64,000 bases of DNA. It comes from Chrysemys picta bellii. Its lineage: Eukaryota. Positions 1-27,553 of the stretch are shown here, piece by piece (position 1 is the stretch's first letter; every line of letters starts with the position of its first letter). The notes beneath the pieces were generated by a model. The model was not told where the DNA came from. It did no database searches and was given only the letters and a program-made list of their open reading frames with translations. A program made the position numbers and the translations under genes. The stretch spans positions 69,068,001-69,132,000 of the forward strand of contig NC_088800.1 in the NCBI RefSeq assembly GCF_011386835.1. Direction: 5' to 3'.

Positions 1-1397
1 TGTGCCCCCGCCTAGTGCCAGGCAGGGGAGAGAAGCTGCGGCCCCGTGCCTGCTGGGGACAGAGCACCGGCGTCCACAGCCCTGTTGTTCTCTGTCCCTG
101 GCAGGCGCGGGGCCGCGGCTCCTCTGGCTTGGAGAGAAGCCTCAGCCCCGCGCCTGCCAGGGACAGAGAGCTCCAGGGCTGCAGGTGCCGGTGCTCTCTG
201 TCCCCGACAGGCGCGGGGCCGCAGCTCCTCTCCGGCTCTGATACTTGCCATGCCCAGGTCCTCACAATGTGGTTTGATACTCACCTTCACAGGCCAGACC
301 TGGCCTCCCTGCTTCACTGTTTGTTCCCTGCCCTTCCTCTTGGTGTCTAGTACCTGCCCTCCCCGCCCCTTCATTGTTCAGTGCTTGCTTTCCCAGCCCA
401 GTGCCCCCTTTATCTGTTTATTCCCTGCACTGCCCAGGCACCATGCCACTTGCTAGTTGTTTCCCTACTTGTCCTGCTCTGCCCAGCCCTGCTTACCACA
501 TGGACCTGTTTCCCCAGTGCTAGTGATTGCCCCCCACCATTTTGTTTTATTTCCTACTCACTGCTCCCAATAGACTACCCTGCCTGCTGACAGTGGGGAG
601 CACAACCACTGTCAGCCATGCCCCCCTCCTTCCTGGCAGCAATCTCCCCTTCTGGAAAGCAGTCCCCGCTCTGGAAAACAGTGGCCCCTCCATGCAACTC
701 CCAGCTATTCCTTTGCCTCTCCTGGCAGAGTTAAAGCAGCGGAACTTCCAAGCAACTCCCAACTTTTCTTCTGCTCCTGCTTCCACCTCCCCCTGCCTGG
801 CACAGCTCCTTGGCTCACACCATGTGACCGAGCAATCTGGAGAGCTCCAGGGCTGCAGGTGCAGGTGCTCACTGTCCCGGGCAGGTGCAGGGCTGTGGCT
901 TCTCTCTGGTTTCTCTGGGGCTGCAGGCACCAGTGTTCTGTCCCTGGCAGGCCGGAGAGAAGCCGCGGCCCCGCTCCTGCCAGTGACAGAGAACTCCAAA
1001 ATAAGTCTGGAAAAATTGTTCGCTTCCGCCACAGTCTTCTCAAAATATGAATGTGCTACTGGCCACACAAAGGTTGGGGACCACTGCTGTAATACTGTTC
1101 GTTTTGCCACTTTTTACGACATTTATAAATAAACCGCGTTTTTCCAGTCCTAGAAGCCGCCCCGCGCCTGCCGGGGACAGAGAGCACCGGCGCCCTCAGC
1201 CCTGGAGCTCTCTGTCCCCGGCAGGTGTGGGGCCGCAGCTTCTCTCCCCTGCTGGGCACTAGGGGCACTAAGCGGCGCACATCAATGCACCGCCTTGGGA
1301 CCACTGACGGGCTTGAAACCCTGCTATACCACGACCCCACATTTAGTGCAATGTAACTTTTTGGACCCCAAACATCGTGGTATAGCGGGTTTCACTG
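1..1397. mobile_element. Tc1/mariner (Tigger/pogo-like) non-autonomous element, right part, with GC-rich internal repeats
   Basis: Ends ...TCGTGGTATAGCGGGTTTCACTG followed by TA (1398-1399). An inverted sub-terminal copy lies at 1314-1334. A unit GAGCTCCAGGGCTGCAGGTGCCGGTGCTCTCTGTCCCCG..GGGGCCGCAGCT recurs in both orientations. Left end is outside the window. Confidence 0.5.
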
Positions 1398-2473
1398 TAG
1401 ATACAAACTGACTATTTTTGGCTGTATTCAGCCTCCTTAAGAATGTTTGTTTGTGTGCAGAATTCCTTCTGGGTTAAACACTGAACAGCTCTGCATACAT
1501 GGAAACATTATTGCCCAGACTAAGAAAAGGTATTTCTTTAAGGGAAAAAAGGCATTTGATTTGTGTGTGGGAAAACTATGAAATATAAATGTGTCGGGGT
1601 CTGATAGCCGCACTAGACACTGTTACATAGAGTTTCATTAAACTGCCTAGAGAAAGCTTTGAATTTAATTCTTGTTGTTTATCTTTACTGTTTCACAAGC
1701 TACATAAACTTCAAATTTTAATTTGGTTTTCGAAGCATTTCGGGTTAACTTGCGTAAATGCAATACTGCCTCTTGTTAATCAAATGGATTTATATAGCTG
1801 TATTAAGGGGAAATGTAACACCTATTTTTTGCTTAATGTTAAATTCGTAGAAAGGCCTTTCTAGTTACTCACCCTCAGTAGCATGTACTTGATTAATGCT
1901 ATTGGAAAGTTTGTTGTTGTCTGCTGTGTAGTGTGTGTTGTTTTAGGGTGATGAAGGAAAGCCAGCATTCTCCAAGTTACTCTGAATGTATCTTCTACCT
2001 TTGCACTAAAAATCCAGAAAAAGCTTTTGTGTGGTTTCTGGTTTGCTCTAAAATAAAAATAACTTTTTGCCTCTTTAATGAATAGTCAAGGCATGAATTT
2101 TTGAAGAGTAGAAAAAGCTTAGAGCATCCTCTAAATTAGCCGTAGCATGTTCTGTACTATGAAGTTGATGTGTGCTTTACTATCAAACACTTCTCATAAC
2201 CCTATTTCAAACTACTAAAATTAGTGTGCATTGAGTAGGGAAAGGAGCATAATATTCTATCATCTTTGCATTTGCCTAGTAAGATTAAGATTCAAACTAG
2301 TGCTAAAAAGTATGATTGTTAAAACCTATTAGAAATAATTACCATATAGAGTATTAATTGCTTAATTGTGTTCTCCCCTTTGGGTGCAATTTTGGTGTGC
2401 AAATATTTGACTGGGTTTTGACTATGACTTCTCTAGCTCTGGCCAACTTTGTTCATCTTTGCTTTTCCTACAG

Positions 2474-18709
<16,236 letters not shown>

Positions 18710-19989
18710 TACAAGAACTTAGCTTGTACGAGTGGGGAAAAAGTGTGGAAATTGACTGACTATACACATTGAGAGGATTTTGAGAATTCTGACTTCCTTT
18801 GTTCTGCTACTCAAACCAAATGCTTCCAACTCAGACCCGGAAAAATCTAAGTTTAACATGAAGAAGATAAAAGTAACATAAATGCAATGTCTTTTTTCCT
18901 TAAAGATTTATTTTGCAAGAAGTAGAAGTTCTGAATGTACTGTGCTAAAGACCAAACTTAGACCTGTTTGATAGATTTGAGGCAAAAGATGAAACTGCAG
19001 TCCAAAAATGTTTGTCTTCTGAGAGCAAGAAAAATCCTTTGTTTTGAGTTGCTTATGTTCTGAAGGTCATTTTGTTTGAAAAATCTTTGTAAAATGCTAC
19101 CTATTTGTTCAGTTGAGATTTACCATTTTTAGAACCATCTGCCTTGGGATGCACTCGGGACATTTTATGGAATAGCAATATGAGTTCACGTTTTTATTCC
19201 TTATGAAATACTGTCATGTACCAGGCCTTATCTTGGCACTTATTGTATGGGTCAGTGCTTTTATGCATCATGTTAATTTTCATATGTGTTTATACTTTGT
19301 AGCAGCAAGTTTGCAGAAATGTGTCCATCTCATTGATGTGAAAAAGCACAATCATCATCAACAGTCACTATAACACCAAACTCCTGTGTGAATGCAAAAA
19401 TTAATGTATTTCAATATTAAGTACCCAATTCTGAGTGAATAGAGTACAGTGGTTCTTACTTATGTGAAAAGTACCAATGGGGGACGCGGGGGGAGGGTTA
19501 CACTTCTGAGTAAGGATTTACCTGATTGAAGGCTTCAGAGTCCGTTATAATTTGGTTGTAGTGTTATTGGTCATTGCATTTCACTGTCTCATATTTCATT
19601 CAGAAGCCCTGCCACATCCAGGACTGTTAGCCCTACGGAAACAGTGAAACCTTCTTTAGAGGCTGCTGCTACTAATTCTTAACTGTTGTGCAAAATGCTC
19701 TTACTGTTCCCAAAAATATACACATTTTTACTAATGCGTGGATGTCAGAGTAGCCTGACAGAGCTTAATTTATAATGGAGTCTAGTTCCAAGAAACTCAA
19801 GTGTTTTCTGTTTTTTGTTTTTTACTTAGTAGGAAAAAGAAAAGTTCCATACAGTCTTATTTTATAGAACAATTGCTGAATGACTGCAGTTTGAGTTCAG
19901 ATGGATCCAGATATCTACCACTTTGGAAATGTGGACTGTTGGGAGTTTTATGTTGCCGACCTTAAAACTAGACAAGTGTCTTCTCTTAG

Positions 19990-19995
19990 AATAAA
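19990..19995 (+). promoter_or_regulatory. candidate ABCC1 polyadenylation signal AATAAA (second candidate at 20586-20591)
   Basis: AATAAA hexamers 1.3 and 1.9 kb downstream of the stop in AT-rich sequence; usage cannot be determined from DNA. Confidence 0.3.
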
Positions 19996-22977
19996 AGCTA
20001 TTTATTTTTTTTTGTAAATTATGATTCTTTAAAATTGAGTAAACTGAAAATGTCTTTGGTATTTTTTGTAATGACTGTACTGGAAGAACTCGGAGTAAAC
20101 TTTCTTTGTTTGAAAATGATTGTCCCAATTTTTATACTCCTTTGTAATCTTTTAATGACAAAAGTATCAGTGCCATTATTGACAAAGGGTTTAAGGCCCG
20201 GAGAACTGTGGGTGCATCGGAGGTTGATGTTCATGCCTTGAAAACTAAGCCTCTAAAATATCATCGCCAGTTAAAGAATTAATAGATGAGAATAATCAGC
20301 CTTGTTCTGAGGCCTGTTTTGAGGGGAATATGTGGAAGTGTGCGCTTTGGATAAGCAGATCATAGTACTCCGATTACATGGTAACTCTGTTACTATGGCA
20401 GTACTACAATGGGAAATAAGCAGAGAGAGCTTCTCAGAGGTGGCAAGTAAAAAGAATTGGCTCCCACATATGGGTGCTAAAGATGCTTTGCAGTACCCAA
20501 CATGCCCAATTGATGTTTGCTGCTCTTTTCAGGTGGCGCTATCACTGCGTAGCTGTTCTATGAAAATAACATTTTAACATTTGCAAATAAAAGTGGTTCT
20601 TCTGGTTACCAAGGGCCAACTTTTAGACTAAGGGCTGTGGTTATTGATCACCAGGTGTAGTCTCCAAGGCCTTTCCTGGACTTTTACCAGACCTCCCTGC
20701 TCCACAGCCAGGGAGTTGTTCTCCTGCATGGTCTGTTGGTAAATTATGCTCTAAACACACTCTAGAAATCTGTAGTTGTAGCATAATTAGTCATGATGGA
20801 GGGGCCGCTGGGCCAGACATGAGTGGTGTTGCCACCCCATGTGCTAGGTCACTACAATACTCGCTCAGATTTGGCCCAGCTTGCTCATCTGTCATGAGGG
20901 AGGAATGGCCAAGCCAAACCTGAGTAGAGCTGCAACCCTGTACCATTTGGAAGTAACATCTGAATCCAGGAAACCCTCAGATAACTGAAATATCTCAAAG
21001 TTCAAGAGTTATAGGGTATGAAAAAAGTGAAGTCTGACTGGTGGGAGAGGCCCTTCACCTTTAATCTTTCTGGTTCCTGTCTGTAACTTGCTCCTTATCT
21101 GCAGGAGTTATAAAATCAGCATATTGCAAGCACCGTTCCTTAAGCCTTTCCCTCGCCAAAGTCAATTCTCTTGTACCTATATTTCAACAGTACCTAATGA
21201 TGTCACATGCTTTAAGACTTAGTTTCCTATTGGTGTGTTATGCACAGTCCTGATACGAATTATGACTAGAAAGGAGTGGTGTTGAATCATACAGCACTGC
21301 TTAAAAAGGACTTAAAAATAATTACATCCCATGTCATGTCTAACTTTCTCTTTTTTTCCCCTTTTTTGGGGTCTGCTGAATGTTTTTGTGTGTTGCACAT
21401 GCAAGCCTGGCCTGGGTGAAAGATACATTTTCCCACTTCACCGCCTCTTCCTTTTGATGGTGGTTGGTAAGGGGGCACAGTCCTGGTATGAGGGAGGTGA
21501 ATTAGAACAGTACTGTTTGTTCTGTTCCCTTGATTCCGAACGCCCACCGCCAACTTTTGTTCCTGTGTAATGCTTACCGTGTTTGGTCTCCTCCTGTGGG
21601 GCTGCTGCCTTGTAAAAGTCTCATCAAATCTCAACTCTGTTCTCTCCTGGCAGCATATAAATTCCACTACAGCCACTTCTGTTTGTTGTTTGGATCCTGT
21701 GCAAGACCTGTTGGCTCCATGGAGGAAGAGACAATCCCATATGCAGTATTAAGAAGGTCCAACCTTGTTGTAAAGCTATTAATGCGAACTTCTTTGAAGG
21801 GGGGAAGGTTCTCCATTTCTAGGGGGATTTTTCCTATTGGTGTGCATTTTGATGGGGCTGGGAGCTCTCAATATCCCCCCTTTCTGTGGGGAGCAGAGGG
21901 AACCATGTTTTGAGGCAGACGAGTCACCATATCAAGAAAAGTACAGGATATAGAGGATGAGTTGCCACCTGAACCAGGAGTGTCAGTCGGTATTGTGCAG
22001 TGATAAAAGACAAACCAAAAACTGAACAAAACAGAAGTTAATATCTTAGAGGTTGGGATCCAAACCTACAAGAGAAACTCAATAAAAAGACCCGTAGATG
22101 TTTCTGCACTGGCTGCTCCAAGAGTGAGACAACCCACATAGAAGCAACGTTTACAATATAACCTATTGTTTTGAATTTGTCTCCCAAATTGACAGCACCT
22201 GTGCAGTGTAATAGGAAAAAAAAAAAATCCAGCTCCATGCTGCCCTGTCAAACCCCTTATAATCTTGCTGCTTAATTCCTTGACTTCTCATACACAGAAT
22301 TGCAGCAGAACACGGTGGCATCTTCTGCAGAGCTGGGATTGGGACACAACATGTTGGGGGCAGCACTTGAGGCATTTTGTTCTATGTACCATTCATGAAT
22401 TCCGCTGCATTCAAGTACCCTTTTGAGCTTGCACTCTCTCATTATAGCATGTTCGTTACTCTTCTCTGTGTTCCACAACCTCAAAGCAGTATTACACACC
22501 ATAATCTATAAAGCCCTATTATTATATTGCTTGCATCCTGGGTACGAACCACCTTTATTTGCTGTTTTAACAGCTGAGATCAGATGGGGGTGCTCTTCAT
22601 TTGAAAGTGGGAGCAGGAGCCTTGTCCTCTGGAACTGGCTTCTCGTACAGCTCCAAGGAGCTTGCATCAGACTTTTGGGGCACATTTCAGACATTTGCTA
22701 GAAGGGATCGATGGGGTAATGTGTCGGGTGGGAGGCTTTCAGGTTGCGTTCTAAACATCTCTTGTTGGAACGGAACAATCTCTTTAGTGCAAGCTCTTGG
22801 AACATATTTCTAGGTTTAACTAATTTAATAGAATTTAAAGGCACGAAGGACCAGCAGTTCATCTACTCTGACTTTCTGTAATATCACAGATCATCCATGC
22901 TAGCTGTCCATTCACCTTTAGGATTCCTACCAAACCATCTCCAATGCATCTGTGAAATTTGTAGTTTCATATGCAGT

Positions 22978-23009
<32 letters not shown>

Positions 23010-23704
23010 TTTAAAGGACTGCAGTACGTGTTCTATGAACTAAGTACCAATGGCCTCTTAAATGCAAGTTTATAGTAAGAAAACTATCTACCTTTTAGGC
23101 GCACAGTGATATGTAAATGTATAGGAATAATGTGAGATAGGGTCATGTTAATGCAGGCCTTTGCTCTGGCTATTTTTAGAGTTCTTGTTAACTACTAACA
23201 AGTAAACTGCAGATGAAAGCCTGAAATAAGACAAGCTTTGAAAAACAATCCTCCCAGATCTTGTCTGCACACGAATCCAAAAGCATTTTGCATGTAGTGA
23301 ATGGCAATTACTTTTCATTATGATGGCTTTGTAGCTTAATCGATTCAGAAGAAATATGGGTAAGTTAGTTTTGTTCGTATTTAGTGTTGAAAAATTAATT
23401 CCCTAGTTTAGCAAATTACTTCAGGCTTTCAGCAAGGATTAGGAGTCTGATAAAGTCCCGTTACAGTTTCTTTTGTACTGAATCCTTGTTACTGTATCGG
23501 AATAACATGCATTGCTAATAGAAATCTTACATATTATGAGGGTTGACTTTTATTTCATCTATTATGTATATAGCTCATTCTAGTCCATGTTTCAAAGTTA
23601 CTTAGAGGTGGAATGACTTGCCCTGTTTTCCTTTGTATGTAGTCCTTTTGTACACTTCTGAGTAGAGAAAGCAAAGCAGTCTCAACCCTAAAATATTTTA
23701 ACTT

Positions 23705-23960
23705 GGGGCTTGTCTACACTACCCTGTGGTCTGTACTGGGGGGGGGGGGGGCGGTGACTAGAAGTGTGCGCCCAAGTGCTAGGCTGTAACTGTGGGTGTG
23801 AACTAAAAGGTTCCTAGTTCACATTGTCCTCTTCAGACAGGATTACATTTATGTGAACCTTTTAGTTTGTGCCCTCAGCATCCACATGGGGGAGTTACTT
23901 GGGTTTGCACTGCAATTCACACCCGCATAGTCCGAACTATGGGGTAGTGTAGACATAGAC
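23705..23960. mobile_element. non-autonomous PIF/Harbinger MITE
   Basis: termini GGCTTGTCTACACTACC ... GGTAGTGTAGACATAGAC share the GTCTACACTAC core with the full element at 37010-41206; followed by TTA. Confidence 0.7.
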
Positions 23961-24665
23961 TTAGCTTGTAAGCTTCTGCCATGGAATGAAGTGCATTGGG
24001 ACAGAAGGGGGGAAAATTGCATTTGTCTGTGCTAGGCACAGGGGAGTCCGCAGCTGTTGTGGTGGGACCTGGCAGCTCCCATGGTGCTGGCTCCCACCAG
24101 TCTTACACACTGTCCAACTATCCCATACATGTTCTCCTTTGACATACATGTGTCCCATAGTGAGATGTTTCCTACTTTTGGGTGGGCACTTTCCTAGGGC
24201 ATTTCCCATTAGAATTGGCCTTTTACCGCTTTCATGTTTCAATGGCCTGTCAACATGGGACAATGTACAAAATGAAAGGCCATGCTCTTGGACCCACTGG
24301 CCTAACTGGGTTGGGGGAATGTAGCTGTTCAGTGCTAATAGTATGCCAGCCACTACCGTTTTAAGGCACTGAAGTCATTTTGACTGATTCTTGCCCTAAG
24401 AGGTTAGAATTGGGGTTAATGGATGGCATCGAGACCTGTTTTCTGTACTTCGTAAAATACATGCAAGTATTTTGTGTATGCCTTCAGAGTGGTTTTGGCT
24501 GGTCTGAGGGGATGTTCCATATAGAACTTGGGTGGAACATTCCCTTTCCACGCAGGAGTATAAACAAACTTGGGCTCTGATGGGCCAGTAGTGAAAGCTA
24601 ATTCCAGAGACCCATGAATACCTTTGTCCCCACATTGCGGTGAGAACACCCCGTCTCCATCCTAG

Positions 24666-24985
24666 GAACTGTTGGCAAGTGGGTGTCTGCGGATCTCTAA
24701 TCTCAGGATGGAGTGATGAGCAAAGAGGTAGTCTCCAGTTCAGCTTTAAAGTGATCCTCTTCTTTGTTTAATTCCCATGACCGAACAGCAACCCAGTGTC
24801 TTACCACAGAGCAGGAGAAAGAAGCTGATGAAGCAGATATTCCCCAGAAAAGCCAAAGGGTGCAGTTGGGGTCTATTTTCACTCCTGCAGATCCTGTGTA
24901 AAGTATTCAGAGCTCAGTACCTGAAGAGCTCGCTCTTCGTGGCCCTACATGTTGTGCTTTTATTTTGCAGCCTGTATTTGAGGAT
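24666..24985 (+). pseudogene. relic ABCC exon 7/8-like segment
   Basis: ADL*SQDGVMSKEVV (cf. ABCC1 SDLWSLNKEDTSEQVV), then EQEKEADEADIPQKSQ (cf. ANEEVEALIVKSPQ), frameshift, then SLLQILCKVFRAQYLKSSLFVALHVVLLFCSLYL (cf. ABCC1 [35 protein letters not shown]; ABCC2 LMKALFKTFYMVLLKSFLL). Confidence 0.65.
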
Positions 24986-25148
24986 GTAATTCATGCAGGT
25001 CAGCAGACCACAAAATAAATTCTGTGTTAAGGAAAAGGAAGTAAAAAGGTTTTACTTTGAGACTGAGTCAAGTTCTCAAGCTTGGAGACACTGATCACAC
25101 TTCTCTTTTGTGGGGATGAGTGTCAGGTCACAAGGAGCCAATCCCCAC

Positions 25149-25310
25149 CCTGTGAGGAATTAGAGCCATATCTGTACAACTTATGAAAGCTGATTTGATA
25201 TTGTGAAATTGTATTATGAAAAAAATTGAAGTGTGTCTCTCTCTCTCTCTCGAGATGGACGCTTCAACATACATATATAAAAAATATGTCTCCACCATTG
25301 TTGATAGGAC
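25149..25310 (-). pseudogene. relic ABCC exon 13-like segment
   Basis: ctacag acceptor and in-frame gt donor, phase 0/0. VLSTMVETYFLYMYVEASISRERERHTSIFF vs V..TFSVYVLVD..ILDAQKAFTSITLF; an (AG)n expansion sits inside. Correct position after the exon 12-like piece. Confidence 0.45.
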
Positions 25311-25355
25311 CTGTAGCATGTATACCCTAGATAAATACCATCCCAAAAATTTTAC

Positions 25356-26126
25356 TTAAAAACTCAGTATCTTCTCCAGACTATATTAAGCATAGTGCAG
25401 GGATCTCAAACTCAAATCACCATGAGGACTAGTACATTGGTCTGAGGGCTGCATCACTGAAACCTTTTTCATACAATGATACAAAAATATAGTAAAAAAT
25501 GAAAAGTAATACAGTATGCTATTAAGTCAATGTATTAACTTTTTAAAAACCTGTAATGCGAAGAGGGGTTTTAATAAAATATACACACTCAGTAATGCAC
25601 CTCCCTCAAATGACAAAACACGCATTTACTTTTAGAATTACTTCAGTTAAAGCCCCCCTCCCCCCCCACCCCTGGCTCTTCTCCCACTCCACCACTTCCA
25701 TGAGGCCCCGCCCCTGCCCTGCCTTTTCCCACCCCTTCCCCAGCCCTGCCTCTTCTCCTGAGCGCGCTGCATCCCCACTCCTCCCCCCTCCCTCCTGGGA
25801 AGTCCTAAGTGCTGGGAGGGAGGCGGAGGAGCGGGGACCTAGCACGCTCAGGGGAGTGGGGACAGGGGTTATGGAGAGCTTGGCTGCTGGTGGAGTCGGC
25901 ATCTATGGTGGGCTGCAGGAAATAACTCTGCGGGCCAAATGCAGCCCGCAGGCCGCATGTTTGAGACCCCTACCGTAGCGCTTTATCAGCGGCATCTTTG
26001 TATTTTGTTATGGTTGGATCGTTCTTCATAAAAGTTATCTCCCAGGCATAGAACACAAGTCAATTAATCCCTGAAAGAATTTCATTGGTCAGGTTGATTG
26101 ATATGCCTTGGTCTCACCTGTCATTC
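25356..26126 (-). pseudogene. relic ABCC exon 12-like segment, split by a hAT insertion (25398-25972)
   Basis: tttttctgacag acceptor, then E*QVR.K.. and LTNEILSGIN*LVFYAWEITFMK (cf. ABCC1 [23 protein letters not shown]). After the transposon it resumes ...TEFL before a gtaaaa donor. Confidence 0.85.
25398..25972. mobile_element. hAT (Charlie/Buster-type) non-autonomous element inside the relic exon 12-like segment
   Basis: TIRs CAGGGATCTCAAAC / GTTTGAGACCCCTA; degenerate 8-bp TSD GCATAGTG / CCGTAGCG with central TA. Confidence 0.72.
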
Positions 26127-26191
26127 CTGTCAGAAAAACTCATATTTCAGAAATAAGTTGAATAGGTTGAATTCTAGTTGCAGATCAATAC

Positions 26192-26251
26192 TTGGACAGC
26201 TCTGCTAAGCTTAATACAGTCATTTAGCACAGGATTTAAATGGTCCTATAG
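26192..26251 (-). pseudogene. relic ABCC exon 11-like segment
   Basis: ctcag|CT ATA GGA CCA T[ttaaatc]CT GTG CTA = IGPSVL once a 7-nt insertion is removed (cf. LGPSVL). Ends NDCIKLSRAVQ|gtattg in frame (cf. NAVMAMKTKTYQ|gt); needs an internal deletion. Confidence 0.5.
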
Positions 26252-26450
26252 CTGAGATTGGAATTAATCCTAACCCACAGCCAGTAGAAACCCACAGCCA
26301 GCTGAAAGATCAACCTCTACGTTTTAAACCCCCTACCTAGCAACCCCTAAAAACTCAGTTCCCATGGAGGCAGGTTGAACACATCTGCACACAAATCAGG
26401 CCACCACCAATAGAGTCAGCATCTTGGAAAAGGTCATTGATTGTCCTCGC

Positions 26451-26604
26451 CTGCTGGAGCATCTATATTGCCACAGCTCTGATCAGAGGCTTGGACCATG
26501 AAGGCATCACAAGAATTCATCAGTTTCTGCACATCAGAGGAGATTGGATTTATAATCTCCCCAGAAGGTGAAGTCTTTCTTGCTGCTTTTATAATGACCA
26601 AGGA
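26451..26604 (-). pseudogene. relic ABCC exon 10-like segment
   Basis: SLVIIKAARKTSPSGEIINPISSDVQKLMN..., frameshift, WSKPLIRAVAI*MLQQ (cf. ABCC1 [45 protein letters not shown]). 154 nt vs 162 expected; acceptor ctgcaa and donor gcgagg are both one base off consensus. Confidence 0.82.
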
Positions 26605-26639
26605 TTGCAGGAAAATAACTTTATGAGGTAAAGTTTTTA

Positions 26640-26733
26640 AAAAACAAAACAGCAACCCTAAATGCATTCTTCATACCTCAGGCTAATGCTTTTGTGCACA
26701 GGCTACATAGCTATCCAGGGGTCATTCATTACC
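26640..26733 (-). pseudogene. relic ABCC exon 9-like segment
   Basis: ttcag acceptor, then VMNDP / WI(G)YV (cf. FVND..APDWQGYFY) and GMK..(R)VAV (cf. GMRIKTAV). Heavily deleted but in the expected place upstream of the exon 10-like piece. Confidence 0.42.
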
Positions 26734-27490
26734 CTGAAGGATGAAGACGGGTCTGCTAGCTATGTCACTGCCGATCGTTCCTCCCTGACCCCCTAAGCAC
26801 TTTGTTGGCCAGAGCAAGAGACAGTGGGCTAAGAGGGCAAAGGCCAAACTATTACCTCTTGCTGCTGAATTTCTTTCTTTGTGAACACATTTCTCTTGCT
26901 GTTTGGAGTGCACATGTCTATAGCAGAGAACAGCATATTGGATACAAAAACAGCCTTCATAACCTTATTGTTTGAGTCCCCCATGCACTTCGCTGCTGTT
27001 TACCAAAAGTTTTGTATATGTACAGTGGGTGCTCATAATGCTACCAGTCCATTTTCTTTTTGGGGTTTCTATAATGTAACCTGCTGGCACAATTCTTTTC
27101 CCTCAAAGTCATTTGTCTCCCTGAAGTGTCTGGCTGAATTTTTCTTGCATATGATAGATAAAGGCTTCAATGTGGACAGTGGGTATCAGAGTTAAATAGG
27201 AGGGAAGCTGCTCTGTTTAACTGTTCTCAATGGCCCCAATCCAGCAAAGCACTTGCACTCCTGTTTAACTTTAAACATACCGACTTCGAGCATGTGAGCA
27301 GTTCCACTGAACTTAAGCACATGCTTTGTAACCAAATCTTTGAAAACCTATTTCAGCAGCACAAAAATGTGGTGACAAATATCTGAGAAACAACTGGATA
27401 GCACAAAAGGGTGTCTGAATGCCATGTAGTTGACATGGAGGGATGCGGGATCTTCCAAAAAACACTTTAAAATGGGTGTGATGTCTACTT

Positions 27491-27553
27491 TTGCACGATC
27501 GTAGGATTTTTTTTGAAAGAATAGACATTCAGCCTAGTGCCCTCGTTAAAAAC
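27491..27553 (+). pseudogene. relic ABCC exon 14-like segment
   Basis: LHDRRIFFERIDIQPSALVKN vs ABCC1 [21 protein letters not shown]; a weak match supported mainly by its position just before the exon 15-like piece. Confidence 0.35.

Noticed and set aside
2-1340. Cluster of overlapping 60-200 aa ORFs on both strands
   Set aside because: They arise from GC-rich repeat units inside an intronic transposon; low complexity, no recognisable domain.
22984-23009. 26-nt poly(A) run as the tail of a retrocopy
   Set aside because: No upstream processed-gene or SINE body and no TSD recognised; a simple homopolymer.
27002-27030. Minus-strand HPLYIYKTFG resembling ABCC1 exon 8 ([11 protein letters not shown])
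   Set aside because: Similarity does not extend on either side, and a better exon 8-like segment exists on + at 24879-24982; treated as chance unless a profile search says otherwise.
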